Source: a virus (taxonomy: Duplodnaviria > Caudoviricetes). Taken from it: a stretch of DNA of 39,915 bases. The stretch's first letter is position 1, and each line of letters begins with the position of its first letter. The DNA is taken from positions 1 to 39,915 of the IMG/VR virus record IMGVR_UViG_3300042516_001025, one strand, 5' to 3'. Below, one piece after another: positions 16,269 through 27,100 of this stretch. The translations under genes were made by a program, and so were the position numbers. The notes below the pieces were generated by a model. It saw nothing but the letters and a program-made list of their open reading frames with translations, was not told the origin of the DNA and did not search any database.

Positions 16269-18470
16269 ATGGCAACCCGTATTCAGGTCCGTCGAGACAC
16301 CGCAGCAAACTGGACAACTTCAGGCACGACCGTGCTTGCGGCTGGCGAGATCGGCTTTGAGACCGACACGCTGCTGTTCAAGATCGGCGACGGCTCCCAG
16401 CAGTGGCAGAACCTTGAGTACGCAGGCGGCACCGAGCCGATTCGAAACAACCCTAGCGGCACGTCGGTCACTGATCTCAACGCTGCTGCTCTTCGTAACA
16501 ACGGCAACGGCAAGTACCTGATCTCTGGTGCTGATATCGTCGCTAACGAACCGTCCAGCCTGACTACGGCGACCGACGGCCAGTTGATGGTGACGGTTGC
16601 CAAGTTCGACTACACCGGCGCTAGCGGCTCAGGAAACGAGCGTTTCCTAATGACGCTCCAGACGCTGACGACGAACAAGTGGTTCACCAGAGTCTGGTCT
16701 GGTAGCGCATGGTCCTCTTGGGTTGAGGTTATCCAGACGCCATTCACTGGCAATATGACCCTTTCCGGCGACATCGCCGTGAATGGCGGCGACATCACGA
16801 CGAGCAGCGCGACGGCAACGGTGTTCGATACCACCGCGACCACGTTGAATGTCGGCGGCGCTGCTACGACTCTCAATGTCGCGGATGATGTGACTGCTGC
16901 TCAAACGATCAACATCGGTACTGGGGCGACCGGAAACGGCCTTACCAAGACGATCAACATCGGCACTGGTGGTGCTACCGGCTCCACGACGAACGTCAAC
17001 ATTGGCGATGCGGATGGTGGCACGGTTGCTGTAGGGAAGGACATGACGGTCGGTGGGACGTTGGCCGTAACCGGGAACTCGACATTGACCGGCGACCTCG
17101 CGGTCAACGGGGGCGACATCACGACGAGCAGCGCGACGGCAACGGTGTTCAACGCTACCGCCACCACGCTCAATGTCGGTCAGGCTGCTACGGCTATCAA
17201 TGTCGGAGCCGGTGCCGGCACGGTAACTGTTGCTGGCGACCTCGCGGTCAACGGGGGCGACATCACGACGAACCAGACGACAGCGTCGGTGTTCAACGCT
17301 ACCGCCACCACGCTCAATGTCGGTCAGGCTGCGACTGCGGTCAGCATTGGCGCTACGACTGGCACGGCGACGATTCGCAACGCCACGACGGCGATCACCG
17401 GAAACGCCACTGTTGGCGGAACGCTTGCGGTCACCAGCAACACCACGCTGACCGGCGATCTCGCGGTCAATGGTGGCGACATCACGACGACCAGCACCGG
17501 CACGGCAACGGTGTTCAACACCAATGCGACCACACTCAATGTTGGTCAGGCGGCGACTACGGTCAGCATCGGCGCTACGACTGGCACGGCGACGATTCGC
17601 AATGCCACGACAGCGATCACCGGAAACGCCACTGTTGGCGGAACGCTTGCGGTCACCAGCAACACCACGCTGACCGGCGATCTCGCCGTCAACGGAGGCG
17701 ACATCACGACCACCAGCGCAACTGGCAACGTGTTTGAAGCCACTGCCACCACGGTCACGCTTGGCAGAGCGGCTACGACGGTGTGCATTGCAGACAACGC
17801 AACTGCTGCTCAGACGATCGACATTGGTACTGGGGCGACCGGAAACGGCCTTACCAAGACGATCAACATCGGCACTGGCGGCGCTGCTGGTTCCACGACA
17901 AACGTCAACATTGGTGATGCGGATGGTGGAACGGTTTCTATCGCACGCGACCTTGCTGTTGACACCAATGTTCTCAAGGTCGATGCCACGAACAACCGCG
18001 TTGGAATCAACGTGACATCTCCGACTCAAGCCTTGGATGTCGTTGGGAATCTGCTGGTCAGCGGAACTGCAAGTATCAACGCAATCACTCTTGCCAATAT
18101 GTCCGGCGAGACAAAGACCAACTATCTGCACTTCAACCCAGCAACATCAGGAACAAGTCAGGTCGGATCAGTTGCAGTTCTGGTAACAAAAGCGGGCGCA
18201 GCGGATTTGGATAACGCCTTTTCATATTCAAATACTGCGACAGGACTGACGAGTAGCAATAGCGTGGTGGTAACACAGGCTCTTGGTACAGAGGGAAACA
18301 ATTTCACTGTCGTTTTGGGTGGCGGCACAACTTGGACTGCAGTGGGGGTTAGTGGCGGCTATGCAATCAGACCCGGTGCTGGAACTTGGACCGCTGCTTG
18401 GATAACCGTTTACAAAGCCGGTATCGACGATGACACTGCGTTGTTGTACATCGCGTTTAGGACCGCCTAA
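16269..18470 (+). CDS. Tail fibre with Mtd/hyaluronidase-type N-terminal domain
   Basis: RIQVRRDTAANW...LAAGEIGFETDT..FKIGDG...W..L.Y; five GD(L/I)AVNGGDITT repeats; NNRVGIN motif. Confidence 0.85.
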   Translation: MATRIQVRRDTAANWTTSGTTVLAAGEIGFETDTLLFKIGDGSQQWQNLEYAGGTEPIRNNPSGTSVTDLNAAALRNNGNGKYLISGADIVANEPSSLTTATDGQLMVTVAKFDYTGASGSGNERFLMTLQTLTTNKWFTRVWSGSAWSSWVEVIQTPFTGNMTLSGDIAVNGGDITTSSATATVFDTTATTLNVGGAATTLNVADDVTAAQTINIGTGATGNGLTKTINIGTGGATGSTTNVNIGDADGGTVAVGKDMTVGGTLAVTGNSTLTGDLAVNGGDITTSSATATVFNATATTLNVGQAATAINVGAGAGTVTVAGDLAVNGGDITTNQTTASVFNATATTLNVGQAATAVSIGATTGTATIRNATTAITGNATVGGTLAVTSNTTLTGDLAVNGGDITTTSTGTATVFNTNATTLNVGQAATTVSIGATTGTATIRNATTAITGNATVGGTLAVTSNTTLTGDLAVNGGDITTTSATGNVFEATATTVTLGRAATTVCIADNATAAQTIDIGTGATGNGLTKTINIGTGGAAGSTTNVNIGDADGGTVSIARDLAVDTNVLKVDATNNRVGINVTSPTQALDVVGNLLVSGTASINAITLANMSGETKTNYLHFNPATSGTSQVGSVAVLVTKAGAADLDNAFSYSNTATGLTSSNSVVVTQALGTEGNNFTVVLGGGTTWTAVGVSGGYAIRPGAGTWTAAWITVYKAGIDDDTALLYIAFRTA

Positions 18471-20623
18471 TGCCATACATCGGAGCCAACCTCCCGTACA
18501 AGGGCTGGACGACTGACACTCAGTTCTCGTCCGTCCCCCCGGGGTTTTCGCAGGACATCCTCAATGTGATGCCCGTGGACCAAGGGCGTCGGAGGATGCG
18601 GCTCTCGTCACGCGCTGGCTTCAACCCGATCTACGCATTTGAAACCGCCGGACCGGTCCAGTGCATGGTGCGCTGTGTTGCGTACACGGGCGCGTCTGGC
18701 GCACTCAAGACGGTGATCAAGGACCGGACGATCATCGTCAAGGCTGGCGTGGTGTACTACCTTGAGCAGGGCGGCGTGCCGACGGTCTGCTCGATCGCCG
18801 GCGGTGCATCGGCACCAGTGAACACGCCGGCGCTGAATGCGAGCGTTCGCACGGTCGAAGGTGTGCAGTTCAACGACTACGTTTACCTGTGCGACGGCAT
18901 CAACTACGTCAAGGTTGACATCAGCCTGACGGTGCCGGAAGTGCAGAAGTGGTCTGATCCGTACAACCACATCAAGGTCACGGTCAGCGGCACCAGTAAC
19001 TACGCCACTCTAGTAGCGCGGTATGGCGCACGCATCGTGTTGGCCGGCGTGGCTGACGCAGAAACCAACTGGTTCATGTCCCGCATCGACGAGCCAGAAG
19101 ACTGGAATCCAACTTCTGGCAGCGTCACGGATTCCATCGCTGGCGGCGGTTCAGACTACGGCACGCTTGGCGACCGAATCGTGGCACTGATCCCGCTTGG
19201 CAATACTGGCCTCCTGTTCGCCGGCCAGCGGTCGATGTCCTACCTGACGGTTGACCCTGCGCTTGGCGACCCGCAGATCATCACGTTGTCAAGGAACATC
19301 GGCATCGTTGGCCCGCGTGCGTTCTGCTACGGGCCTGAGAAGATCGCCTACATCCTTGGGTACGAGGGGCTGTACCGGGTCACGCCAAACGACTTCAGCC
19401 TCGACCGGGCGCAGTTGATCAGCCTGAACGTGCTGGATGCCTTCTTCAGCAAGACCCAGTGGGAGGATCTGGATGTCCTGCTGACGTATGACGTTGAGTT
19501 GCGCGGGGTCTGGATCTGGCTGACCCGTCGCGACCAGCCATCGGTCAGCGTCCACCTGTTCTACAGCGAGCAGACCGGCGGGTTTTTTCCGCAGCGTCTG
19601 TATGAGCCGGCGTTCTATGGCGCACTTACGACGTGTCAGGCGGTCGTGGCTGACGGTCGCACGCCCGTGGCCCTGATGGGCAGCGCCGAGGGGAAGATTG
19701 GGTACTTTGACTACCGGATCATCTCTGGCATCGACGGCTACCCAGCCAGCGGATACAACAGCAATGAGGGTGGCACCTACACCCCTCCGACGGCTGCCCA
19801 GTCGGTCGATCGCCGAGTGCTGTCCAACCTGACGCTTGGTCCGGTCATTGGCGACCTTGGCACCCGGGTCATGGTCAGGGACGTTCTGGTCGAGTTGAAC
19901 AGCGAAGAACACCTGCCAGACTTGGACGTAAAGGGCAACCTGCCCCGCCCGACGTTGGCCCTGAGTTACGGCGATACGGCTGAGAAGGCGATCGCTGCAA
20001 GCCTGACGACCGTCCGGGTGGTCCTTGGCGACGAGCCGATCGTGGACGGCGGCGCGGCTTCCACCTCGTCGTTCGCATCGACAATCGACGGCGACGACGC
20101 CACGCCAGCGTCGATCACCGACTACACGGATGGTGCCTACGCCCCGTCTGAGTTTGGCCTGTACGAGGCACGCAGCACGTTCGTTGACCCAGAGAGCCGG
20201 GTGTATGACGGTGCTTCGCCTGATGCCGAGTACTACCTGAAGCGTGACACCTTTGACAGCGCCGAGCGTTGGCTGATCTACCACACAGATACAAACAGCC
20301 GGATCTACGCTCAACAGGCCATCAGTGGGGTGTACAGTACAGACCCGACGGTCGGTGAGTATTTCTTCGTCCCAGACGGAGTTACGACCGCAGCAGGACT
20401 CCAGTCAGATGACACGGCCACCATTGCTGGCGTGTTGATCGAGGCCGAGAACCTTGCTCTAGGCGAGTTGTATGAGGGCAACAACAATCACTTCCGGTGC
20501 CGCGTGCGTGCCGGTGCGCTCTACATGCAGATTGCCAGTCAGGGCTACCCGTGGGCGCTTGAGCGTGCGTCCGTGTTGGTTGACGCTGTTGGCATGAGGC
20601 GAAACGTGAGAGAGGTAACCTGA
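18470..20623 (+). CDS. Tail tubular protein B / DNA stabilisation (nozzle) protein
   Basis: 717 aa of beta-propeller-like sequence (WFMSRIDEPEDW, IGIVGPRA), located before the ejection genes. Confidence 0.7.
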   Translation: MPYIGANLPYKGWTTDTQFSSVPPGFSQDILNVMPVDQGRRRMRLSSRAGFNPIYAFETAGPVQCMVRCVAYTGASGALKTVIKDRTIIVKAGVVYYLEQGGVPTVCSIAGGASAPVNTPALNASVRTVEGVQFNDYVYLCDGINYVKVDISLTVPEVQKWSDPYNHIKVTVSGTSNYATLVARYGARIVLAGVADAETNWFMSRIDEPEDWNPTSGSVTDSIAGGGSDYGTLGDRIVALIPLGNTGLLFAGQRSMSYLTVDPALGDPQIITLSRNIGIVGPRAFCYGPEKIAYILGYEGLYRVTPNDFSLDRAQLISLNVLDAFFSKTQWEDLDVLLTYDVELRGVWIWLTRRDQPSVSVHLFYSEQTGGFFPQRLYEPAFYGALTTCQAVVADGRTPVALMGSAEGKIGYFDYRIISGIDGYPASGYNSNEGGTYTPPTAAQSVDRRVLSNLTLGPVIGDLGTRVMVRDVLVELNSEEHLPDLDVKGNLPRPTLALSYGDTAEKAIAASLTTVRVVLGDEPIVDGGAASTSSFASTIDGDDATPASITDYTDGAYAPSEFGLYEARSTFVDPESRVYDGASPDAEYYLKRDTFDSAERWLIYHTDTNSRIYAQQAISGVYSTDPTVGEYFFVPDGVTTAAGLQSDDTATIAGVLIEAENLALGELYEGNNNHFRCRVRAGALYMQIASQGYPWALERASVLVDAVGMRRNVREVT

Positions 20624-22116
20624 TGGTATTCCAAGCGATTGCTGCGGCGCTAGGCATCGGAGGCGGTGGCGCTCTGTCGTATGCGGGCCAGAAAAAGTCC
20701 CGCAAGGCGATGGAGTCGCAGATCCGTCAGTTGCAATCTGGTTTGCGAGGGATTGGCACTCAGGTCGGCGCTGCTTACGGAACCCTTGGAAGTGAGACGG
20801 CGGGCTTCTACCAGCCTCTCCTCGATTACCAGCAGCAGTCGAGCGACCAGATCCTCAATCGTTTCATCGCCGATCGGCAGGCCAACACCGATCAGTACCG
20901 TCAGGGATACGAGCAGAACATCTCGCAATTTCAGGGGGCATACGACAGCATTCGGTCTTCATACCTGTCGCAAATGCAGCAGGGCGCATCGGAGTTCGGT
21001 GCTGGGATGCAGGGTCTGCGTGAGTCATATCGCCGAGACATGCAGGCTGCTCTCGATCCTTTGTCCGCTTCATACGCGGCAATGCGCGGCCAGTACCGAT
21101 CGGATATGGAGGCGAACCTTGCGGCAACGCAGGGAGAGTACGGCGGGCTGCGAGATCAGTACCGGACTGGCATGGAGCGGGCTAGGACAGACTTTGAGGG
21201 TCGGTATGGCTCGATGATTGACCAATATCGAGCCGGCATGGACGAGGTGTATCGCGAGGCTGCAACCGGTCGCGAGAACATGCTTGCCAGCGTCGATCAG
21301 GCGACGGCTGAGAATGTAGCCAGACAGCAGGCTGCGAATGCATTCAGCGGTCTTGGACTCACTTCATTCGGACAAGGTGTTGTTGCGGCTCGCCAATCGG
21401 AGGGCGCACGGCAGCGTGGCGTGATTCAAGAGCAGTATGCGAGCCAGTTGGCTGCGATCCGGCAGGCTCAAACGCAGGGCGTCACGTCCCTTGGTCAAGC
21501 GCAGGCCGCTGGCATCTCTGAAATCCTTCAGCGCATGTCTCAGGGCGATATCAGCCTTGGCGAGGCGCAGGCTCAGGCTGCAATGGCGTTGCGCGGCCAA
21601 ATGGCTCAGGGCGATGTTTCGCTTGCACAGTCGCAGACATCTGCTGAAGCGGCGCTGAGGGAGCGCATGGCGCAGGGCGACATGACTCTTGGTCAAATGC
21701 AGGTCCAAGGGTTGTCTGACTACCAGAATCAGATTGCATCTGGCAGCACGGCTTTGGCGCAGGCTCAGGCAAGTGGAGTTAGCGATCTCCGGCAGAGAAT
21801 GACAACTGGACTGGCAGAGATGGGTACGTCGTATGCTAGTGCGTTGGCCGGAATGCAGCAGGGCTTCGCTGGTCAGCGGCTTGGCCTCATGTCGTCGATG
21901 CAATCCAATCTCATGGGCTATCGCCAGAGCCAACTGATTTCTCCGTTTGAGTATCAGGAGGCTGCCCTGACCATCCCGTTCAATGCCCAGATGAACATTG
22001 CCCAGAACCGTGGTGCATTCCACCAGCAGATTGGCAATGCCCTGATGGGTGCTGGAATGGGAATGATGGGCGGCGGATTCGGAGGAATGGGCGGCATGGG
22101 TGGTGGTGGTGGATAA
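20623..22116 (+). CDS. Internal virion / DNA ejection protein
   Basis: Hydrophobic Gly-rich N-terminus, Gln/Ala-rich helical body with 22-aa repeats, Gly/Met-rich tail. Confidence 0.65.
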   Translation: MVFQAIAAALGIGGGGALSYAGQKKSRKAMESQIRQLQSGLRGIGTQVGAAYGTLGSETAGFYQPLLDYQQQSSDQILNRFIADRQANTDQYRQGYEQNISQFQGAYDSIRSSYLSQMQQGASEFGAGMQGLRESYRRDMQAALDPLSASYAAMRGQYRSDMEANLAATQGEYGGLRDQYRTGMERARTDFEGRYGSMIDQYRAGMDEVYREAATGRENMLASVDQATAENVARQQAANAFSGLGLTSFGQGVVAARQSEGARQRGVIQEQYASQLAAIRQAQTQGVTSLGQAQAAGISEILQRMSQGDISLGEAQAQAAMALRGQMAQGDVSLAQSQTSAEAALRERMAQGDMTLGQMQVQGLSDYQNQIASGSTALAQAQASGVSDLRQRMTTGLAEMGTSYASALAGMQQGFAGQRLGLMSSMQSNLMGYRQSQLISPFEYQEAALTIPFNAQMNIAQNRGAFHQQIGNALMGAGMGMMGGGFGGMGGMGGGGG

Positions 22117-22131
22117 ACAGAGGAGAACAAC

Positions 22132-22755
22132 ATGGCCTACGTCAATCCAGCAATGATCAGCAAGATGGCTTCGGCTTCCATGACAGGCAAGCGATTCCAG
22201 TCTCAACTGACTCAGGTTCCATACCAAGACTTCCTTCTTCCGGAGGATCGCGAGGGGAACCCGAGTGATCGCGCAGCGGCACGCGCATCATCTCAGCCGT
22301 CACCGGGTGCAACATCGCCGTCGTTCATGTCGCAACTTGGTGATGCATACAACAAGGTCGCGCCCGACATGTTCCGTGGCATCGCCGCTGGCCTCGCGTC
22401 CTATCAGGGCGACCCAAGCCGGCCACTGAGCGGTGTTGGCGAGGCGATGGCTGCAACCATGCAGCGCGGAGAACAGACCCGCGAGGCGCGACGCAAGATG
22501 AGCCTCATGCCGGAAGAGGCTGCCGCTGTTGCGAAGTCAGAAATCACCTACGAGAAGATCAAGTACGAAGATGACAAGGATGCGTTCCGTGCGCTTCGCG
22601 AGATGGAGGGCTTCCGCATGGGAGTCCCGACCGACTCTGTCAGCAAGGGTCTGATGGCTTACACCGCAGCCAATCCGTTCAGCGCCGTGGAACGACGACG
22701 CATGGACGATGATCTGCGCCAGCGTCTTACGGCGGCACTCCGTATTTCTTTCTGA
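22132..22755 (+). CDS. Putative internal virion protein
   Basis: 207 aa, RBS AGGAG, within the ejection cluster. Confidence 0.6.
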   Translation: MAYVNPAMISKMASASMTGKRFQSQLTQVPYQDFLLPEDREGNPSDRAAARASSQPSPGATSPSFMSQLGDAYNKVAPDMFRGIAAGLASYQGDPSRPLSGVGEAMAATMQRGEQTREARRKMSLMPEEAAAVAKSEITYEKIKYEDDKDAFRALREMEGFRMGVPTDSVSKGLMAYTAANPFSAVERRRMDDDLRQRLTAALRISF

Positions 22756-22761
22756 GGCACC

Positions 22762-24105
22762 ATGAAACTCGTACCAAACCAGATCGGACAGGACGGAATG
22801 TTTCAGGGCGGGCCATCGTCGCAGCCGCCTCAGCAGTCATTCGAAGAGAAGAACCGCGAGTTCATGGATCGCATTGACGAGGCGATGAACCGCATGAACC
22901 GCAATCCGACTTGGGCGGTCGGTGATCCGAACATTGCCGGCGCACCGTCGTTTGGAAAGGCTGTCGCGGGCATCGAGAATGGCGATGTTCAGGGGCTGGA
23001 AATGTTGCGGTTTGGCACTGTGCGTGGAACGCCAGCCGTTTCGTTCACCGACGAGGATGGTCAGGAGCAGGTCATCAAGGTCACTTTCCCGCAGTGGATG
23101 GGAATGATCCAGAGCCGAGACGACGCCCGCCAGCAACTTCGTGAACAGCGTGAACTTGATGCCAAGAAGCAGGCGTTCGCCGGCCAGTTCCGCGCACTCT
23201 CGTCGCGTGTGTCTGAAAGTCAGGATCCGATCGTCGGCGAATACCTGACCCTTCTGTACGACATGGACCCCGGCATGGCTATGAGCGGCCTGCAATCGTT
23301 CATCAAGGCACGCGCTGGGCGCGAGGACTACACCGTCTACCGTGGTCAGGAAGTGCCGTCGTCGTTTGCCGAGGCCATGTCTGCCCTCGACGACGCTCAG
23401 GCTGATGGTCGCACCATGACCTTTGGAAGGCACGCTGCTGCCTTGTCAGAGCAGGGCAACCAGAACGCGGCCAATGCCGTGAATATGGCGATGTTGATGA
23501 TGCGCCCCAAGGGCGACCGGATCACGCCGCGCTCGATGACGATGCCGATGTGGGCCATGCAGCAGCAGAACCCGATGGCTTTGGCAATGGTCGTCGATGG
23601 GATGCGTCAGGGCTTGCTACCGGGTATGACCCGCCCGGTCGCCCTGCCGTCTGTCAACAACGGATCGACTGATGCCGCCACGTTTGAGCAGTTCATGCAG
23701 CGGTTCAACGAGGTGTCCGGCTCAATGGGCTGGGCTCCGGCTGGTGAACAGGACATTCGCGTCATCATGGATGCCATTGCTCGCGTGCGTGGTGGCCTGA
23801 TGATCGACCAGCAGGTTGTTGCTCCGACTGCTTCGGCCAAGACATCGAGCGGCAAGCCGTCGCAGCCAGCCCCCGCTGACGTGCGCGGACTGTCGAGCCG
23901 CACCCGCAACGCACTGGAAGTAATCGCACAGAACCCGTACTTCTCACGTCTTCGCAGCAGCGACCAGAATGAGCGTGCAGCGGGGTTCAAGATGATTGAA
24001 CGTCTATACAATGAGATGCAGACGAACGGGCCTGAGCATCTTGGGAAGTACGGCGTCGATCCTGCATTGATCGAAGAGGCATACGCGGCAATCTCTGGAA
24101 ACTGA
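22762..24105 (+). CDS. Putative internal virion protein
   Basis: 447-aa helical protein directly before the giant protein. Confidence 0.6.
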   Translation: MKLVPNQIGQDGMFQGGPSSQPPQQSFEEKNREFMDRIDEAMNRMNRNPTWAVGDPNIAGAPSFGKAVAGIENGDVQGLEMLRFGTVRGTPAVSFTDEDGQEQVIKVTFPQWMGMIQSRDDARQQLREQRELDAKKQAFAGQFRALSSRVSESQDPIVGEYLTLLYDMDPGMAMSGLQSFIKARAGREDYTVYRGQEVPSSFAEAMSALDDAQADGRTMTFGRHAAALSEQGNQNAANAVNMAMLMMRPKGDRITPRSMTMPMWAMQQQNPMALAMVVDGMRQGLLPGMTRPVALPSVNNGSTDAATFEQFMQRFNEVSGSMGWAPAGEQDIRVIMDAIARVRGGLMIDQQVVAPTASAKTSSGKPSQPAPADVRGLSSRTRNALEVIAQNPYFSRLRSSDQNERAAGFKMIERLYNEMQTNGPEHLGKYGVDPALIEEAYAAISGN

Positions 24106-24107
24106 AC

Positions 24108-27100
24108 ATGAGCCAATTCTCGTTCTTCCCGCAGCCTGACGGCACTGACCCACTGGCCGATTCGCTGACGCAGTACAGGAGGAGCAAGAAGGCGCTGGGC
24201 CAGCGTTCGCCTGAAGACAAGCGGTTCATGGATCTTGGTCGTGCGTTTGCTGACATGATCGGCAGCGTCGAGCCAACGAATCTCCTGTCCATTGGCGGGA
24301 TCGCTGAAGAGTTCGGCGATGTCACCAAGTTCATCGACCGTGCGAAGACGATCAACACGCGAAGTGATCTGGAAGAGGAACTGTCTTCCGGGATCCTCAG
24401 CCCACAGGAGGCTGAACTCAAGCAGCAGCAGATCGACTTCCTCGACAAGTTGGTGCAGCGCGAGTCGGAGCAACAGGATGTTGCCCGCGATGCGGAGATC
24501 GCAGAGACCGGCGTCGTCGGCATGTTCGGCGAGGGTGTCAAGGCAGGCGTAACGCAGGGCGTTATCAGCACCCTTCGCGGCATCAACAACCTGACCCCGT
24601 TCGACGGGGATGCGTTCTGGAGCGGGGCGCAGCGCGAGTCTGGCAAGGCGATTCCCGAGGGAAGCATTGCCGGCAACATCGGTCAAGCGGTCGGCAGCGG
24701 CGCGTACAGCGCGGCTGCGTTCGCGGCCAGCCCGTATGTCGGCATTGCTGCGATGGGCTTGCAGGGCTACGGCGGTGGCATCGACGAGTACGAGCAGGCG
24801 TTCGCTGCTGGCCTGACGACTGGCGACTACAGCAAGTTTGAGAAGGTCACAGCCGGTCTGACCAGCGCGGCGATCGAGGCGGTGACCGAACGGATCGGCG
24901 CTGGTGTCGCTCAGAAACTCGCCAAGACCGGTGTCGCGCAATGGTTCGCGCAGCCGGGGGCGCGGGCAATCGTCAAGACTGTTGGTGGAATGTATGGGGC
25001 CGAGGCGCTTGAGGAAGGTCTTGTCCCGATCTTGCAGGCTGGCGTCAAGGCGACTGGCATCACTGGGATGCAGGTTGAGTCGTGGGGCGATGTGTTCTCG
25101 CAGGCTGCGACGGACGCTCTCTACGGCGGGTTCGGTGGCTTCGGCGCTGCCGGTGTCAATATCCCTGTTGAACTGTCCCGTCGCCGCGAGACCAACCGTC
25201 TGCTTCGCGAGGCCGGCAGCAAGTACGCCGATCCCGACTACATCCGCGAGATTCTCCCGCAGCGTGCAGCCGCTCTCGACGCGATGACGCCACAGGAACG
25301 TCTTGCAGAAGAGCAGCGATCCCAGCAGGCTCTGATGCAGGCAGGCGCTGACCTCGCACGATCCAAGGAGGCGGTAGCCAATTCCAGCGCGGAAGTCACG
25401 CAGAAGCGCAAGGAACTGGAGCGATCACGCCGAGGCAAGGATCAGCAGCGCACTCAGGCTCTTGAAAACGAAGTATCTACGCTGGAGGCAGCACTGGAGA
25501 ATGCGCGGCGGGTTGCCGCGACAACGGCTGCCGATTACTCAGCGTCGCAACTGAACTATCTCAGTGCTGCGAGTATTGCGTCGAGCGCCCGCCCGACGAG
25601 CCAGATGTCCTCCGCCGACATCCTCGCCAGCATGAACTACCAGCCGGCGTCTGCTGCGACAAAGCAGCAGAAGGCAGCGCAGGCACAGATCGAGAAGTTG
25701 GGCTTCAAGGTCCAGTGGTACGACGGCACTGATGCAAAGCCTGCATTCTTCAGCGGCCAGACGCCGGACACGGTGTTCCTTCGCGCCGATGGCAACAGCA
25801 CGTTCGCTGGCATCATGGGACTCGCGTTCCATGAGATCACGCACTGGGCGCAGTTCAGCGACAGTGGCCTGTGGGCTGCCCTTCGCAGCACAGTGGACGA
25901 CAAGTCAATGCTGGAGGCGGCGGCCAACTACTGGTCGCAGCAGGCCGGCATCGACCCGGTCGTCCGGCGTTCTATTGCTGAGATCATTGCCCAGTCGCAG
26001 GGCAAGGCCGGGTCCACCGAAGCGGTTGACCAGATCGAGCAGCGCATGGCTGGCACGATGGCCGAGGTCGAGGGCGTCGCCCAGTTGATCCAGAACGGAA
26101 CGGAGGCTCTGTTCCGTGGCGACGCCGTACCCGGCTGGTTCAACCAGATGTTGATCCGCGCTGGCGTCCGTGGTCGTTCGGCGATGAGTGCGCTCAAGTT
26201 GTACCGTGGCCTGCAAGAGGCAGCCAAGAACAACAAGGCGTACAGCCCGGGCAAGTTCGGGTTCACGATCGAGGCCGCGCAGCGTGGCCTTGAGGTCATG
26301 CGTGCCGCACGGGAGGCGGCCATGTCCCAGCCGCAACCGGCCCAGCCGGCCCCCGCGTCCACTGCGACGCCCACCCCTCAGCCCGCGCCTGCGCCTGCTG
26401 CCGCAACACCTGCGGCTCCGGCTCCGGCCCCGGCTGCTGGTCAACCCGCGCCAGCCCCGGCACCTGCTCCGGCTCCCGCGCCCGCTCCTGCCCCAGCGCC
26501 AGCCCAACCGGCAGGCCAAGTTGACCGTGATACCGCCCTGCGCGACATCTTGAACAGCGGCGGTCTCAGGGTTCAGCCGACCGCCCGCGACATCATCGGA
26601 CCGGTCACGCCAGAGTCGGAGGCCGCGATGACTCGCGCCGTGTCCACGCTTGGGCCGCAGGGCTACCGCGATGCCGTTGCCGCGATCGACCTTGCGCTTG
26701 CCGAGGTGAAGCGCGAGGACGAAGCCGCTGGTCGCCCGTACTCCTTCGATGGCGTCAGCCGCGAGGAGGTTCTGTCGCTGCTGAATCAGACTGCTCTCGC
26801 CGACGAGGGCGCGACCCTGCCAGACGGCAAGCCAGTCACGGTCACGCCGGAGCAGCGTGAACTCGCGAAGAAGGTGCGTCGTAAGGTCCGCCGCACGGTT
26901 GGCGACGACGTGGTTCTGTTCGCCCGTGGCAAGGCTGTGCCGTCAACCATTGACGCCGCTGCTTTCATCGAGAGCGCACTTGAACTGGCGAACTCCCAGA
27001 AGTGGAAGAACCAGAAACTGTTCAAGGCCGCGTTGCAGAAGATGGTCAAGGCCGTTGCTTCCAAGGAGGGGATCGACCTCACCAAGGACAGCGAGCGAGT

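Noticed and set aside
16269-18470. Diversity-generating retroelement suggested by the Mtd-like N-terminus and diverged repeats
   Set aside because: No reverse transcriptase and no template/variable repeat pair at the fibre C-terminus. The terminal-repeat mismatches are not adenine-specific.
26330-26515. Pro/Ala-rich low-complexity repeats (also ~35030-35095)
   Set aside because: Ordinary flexible protein linkers.
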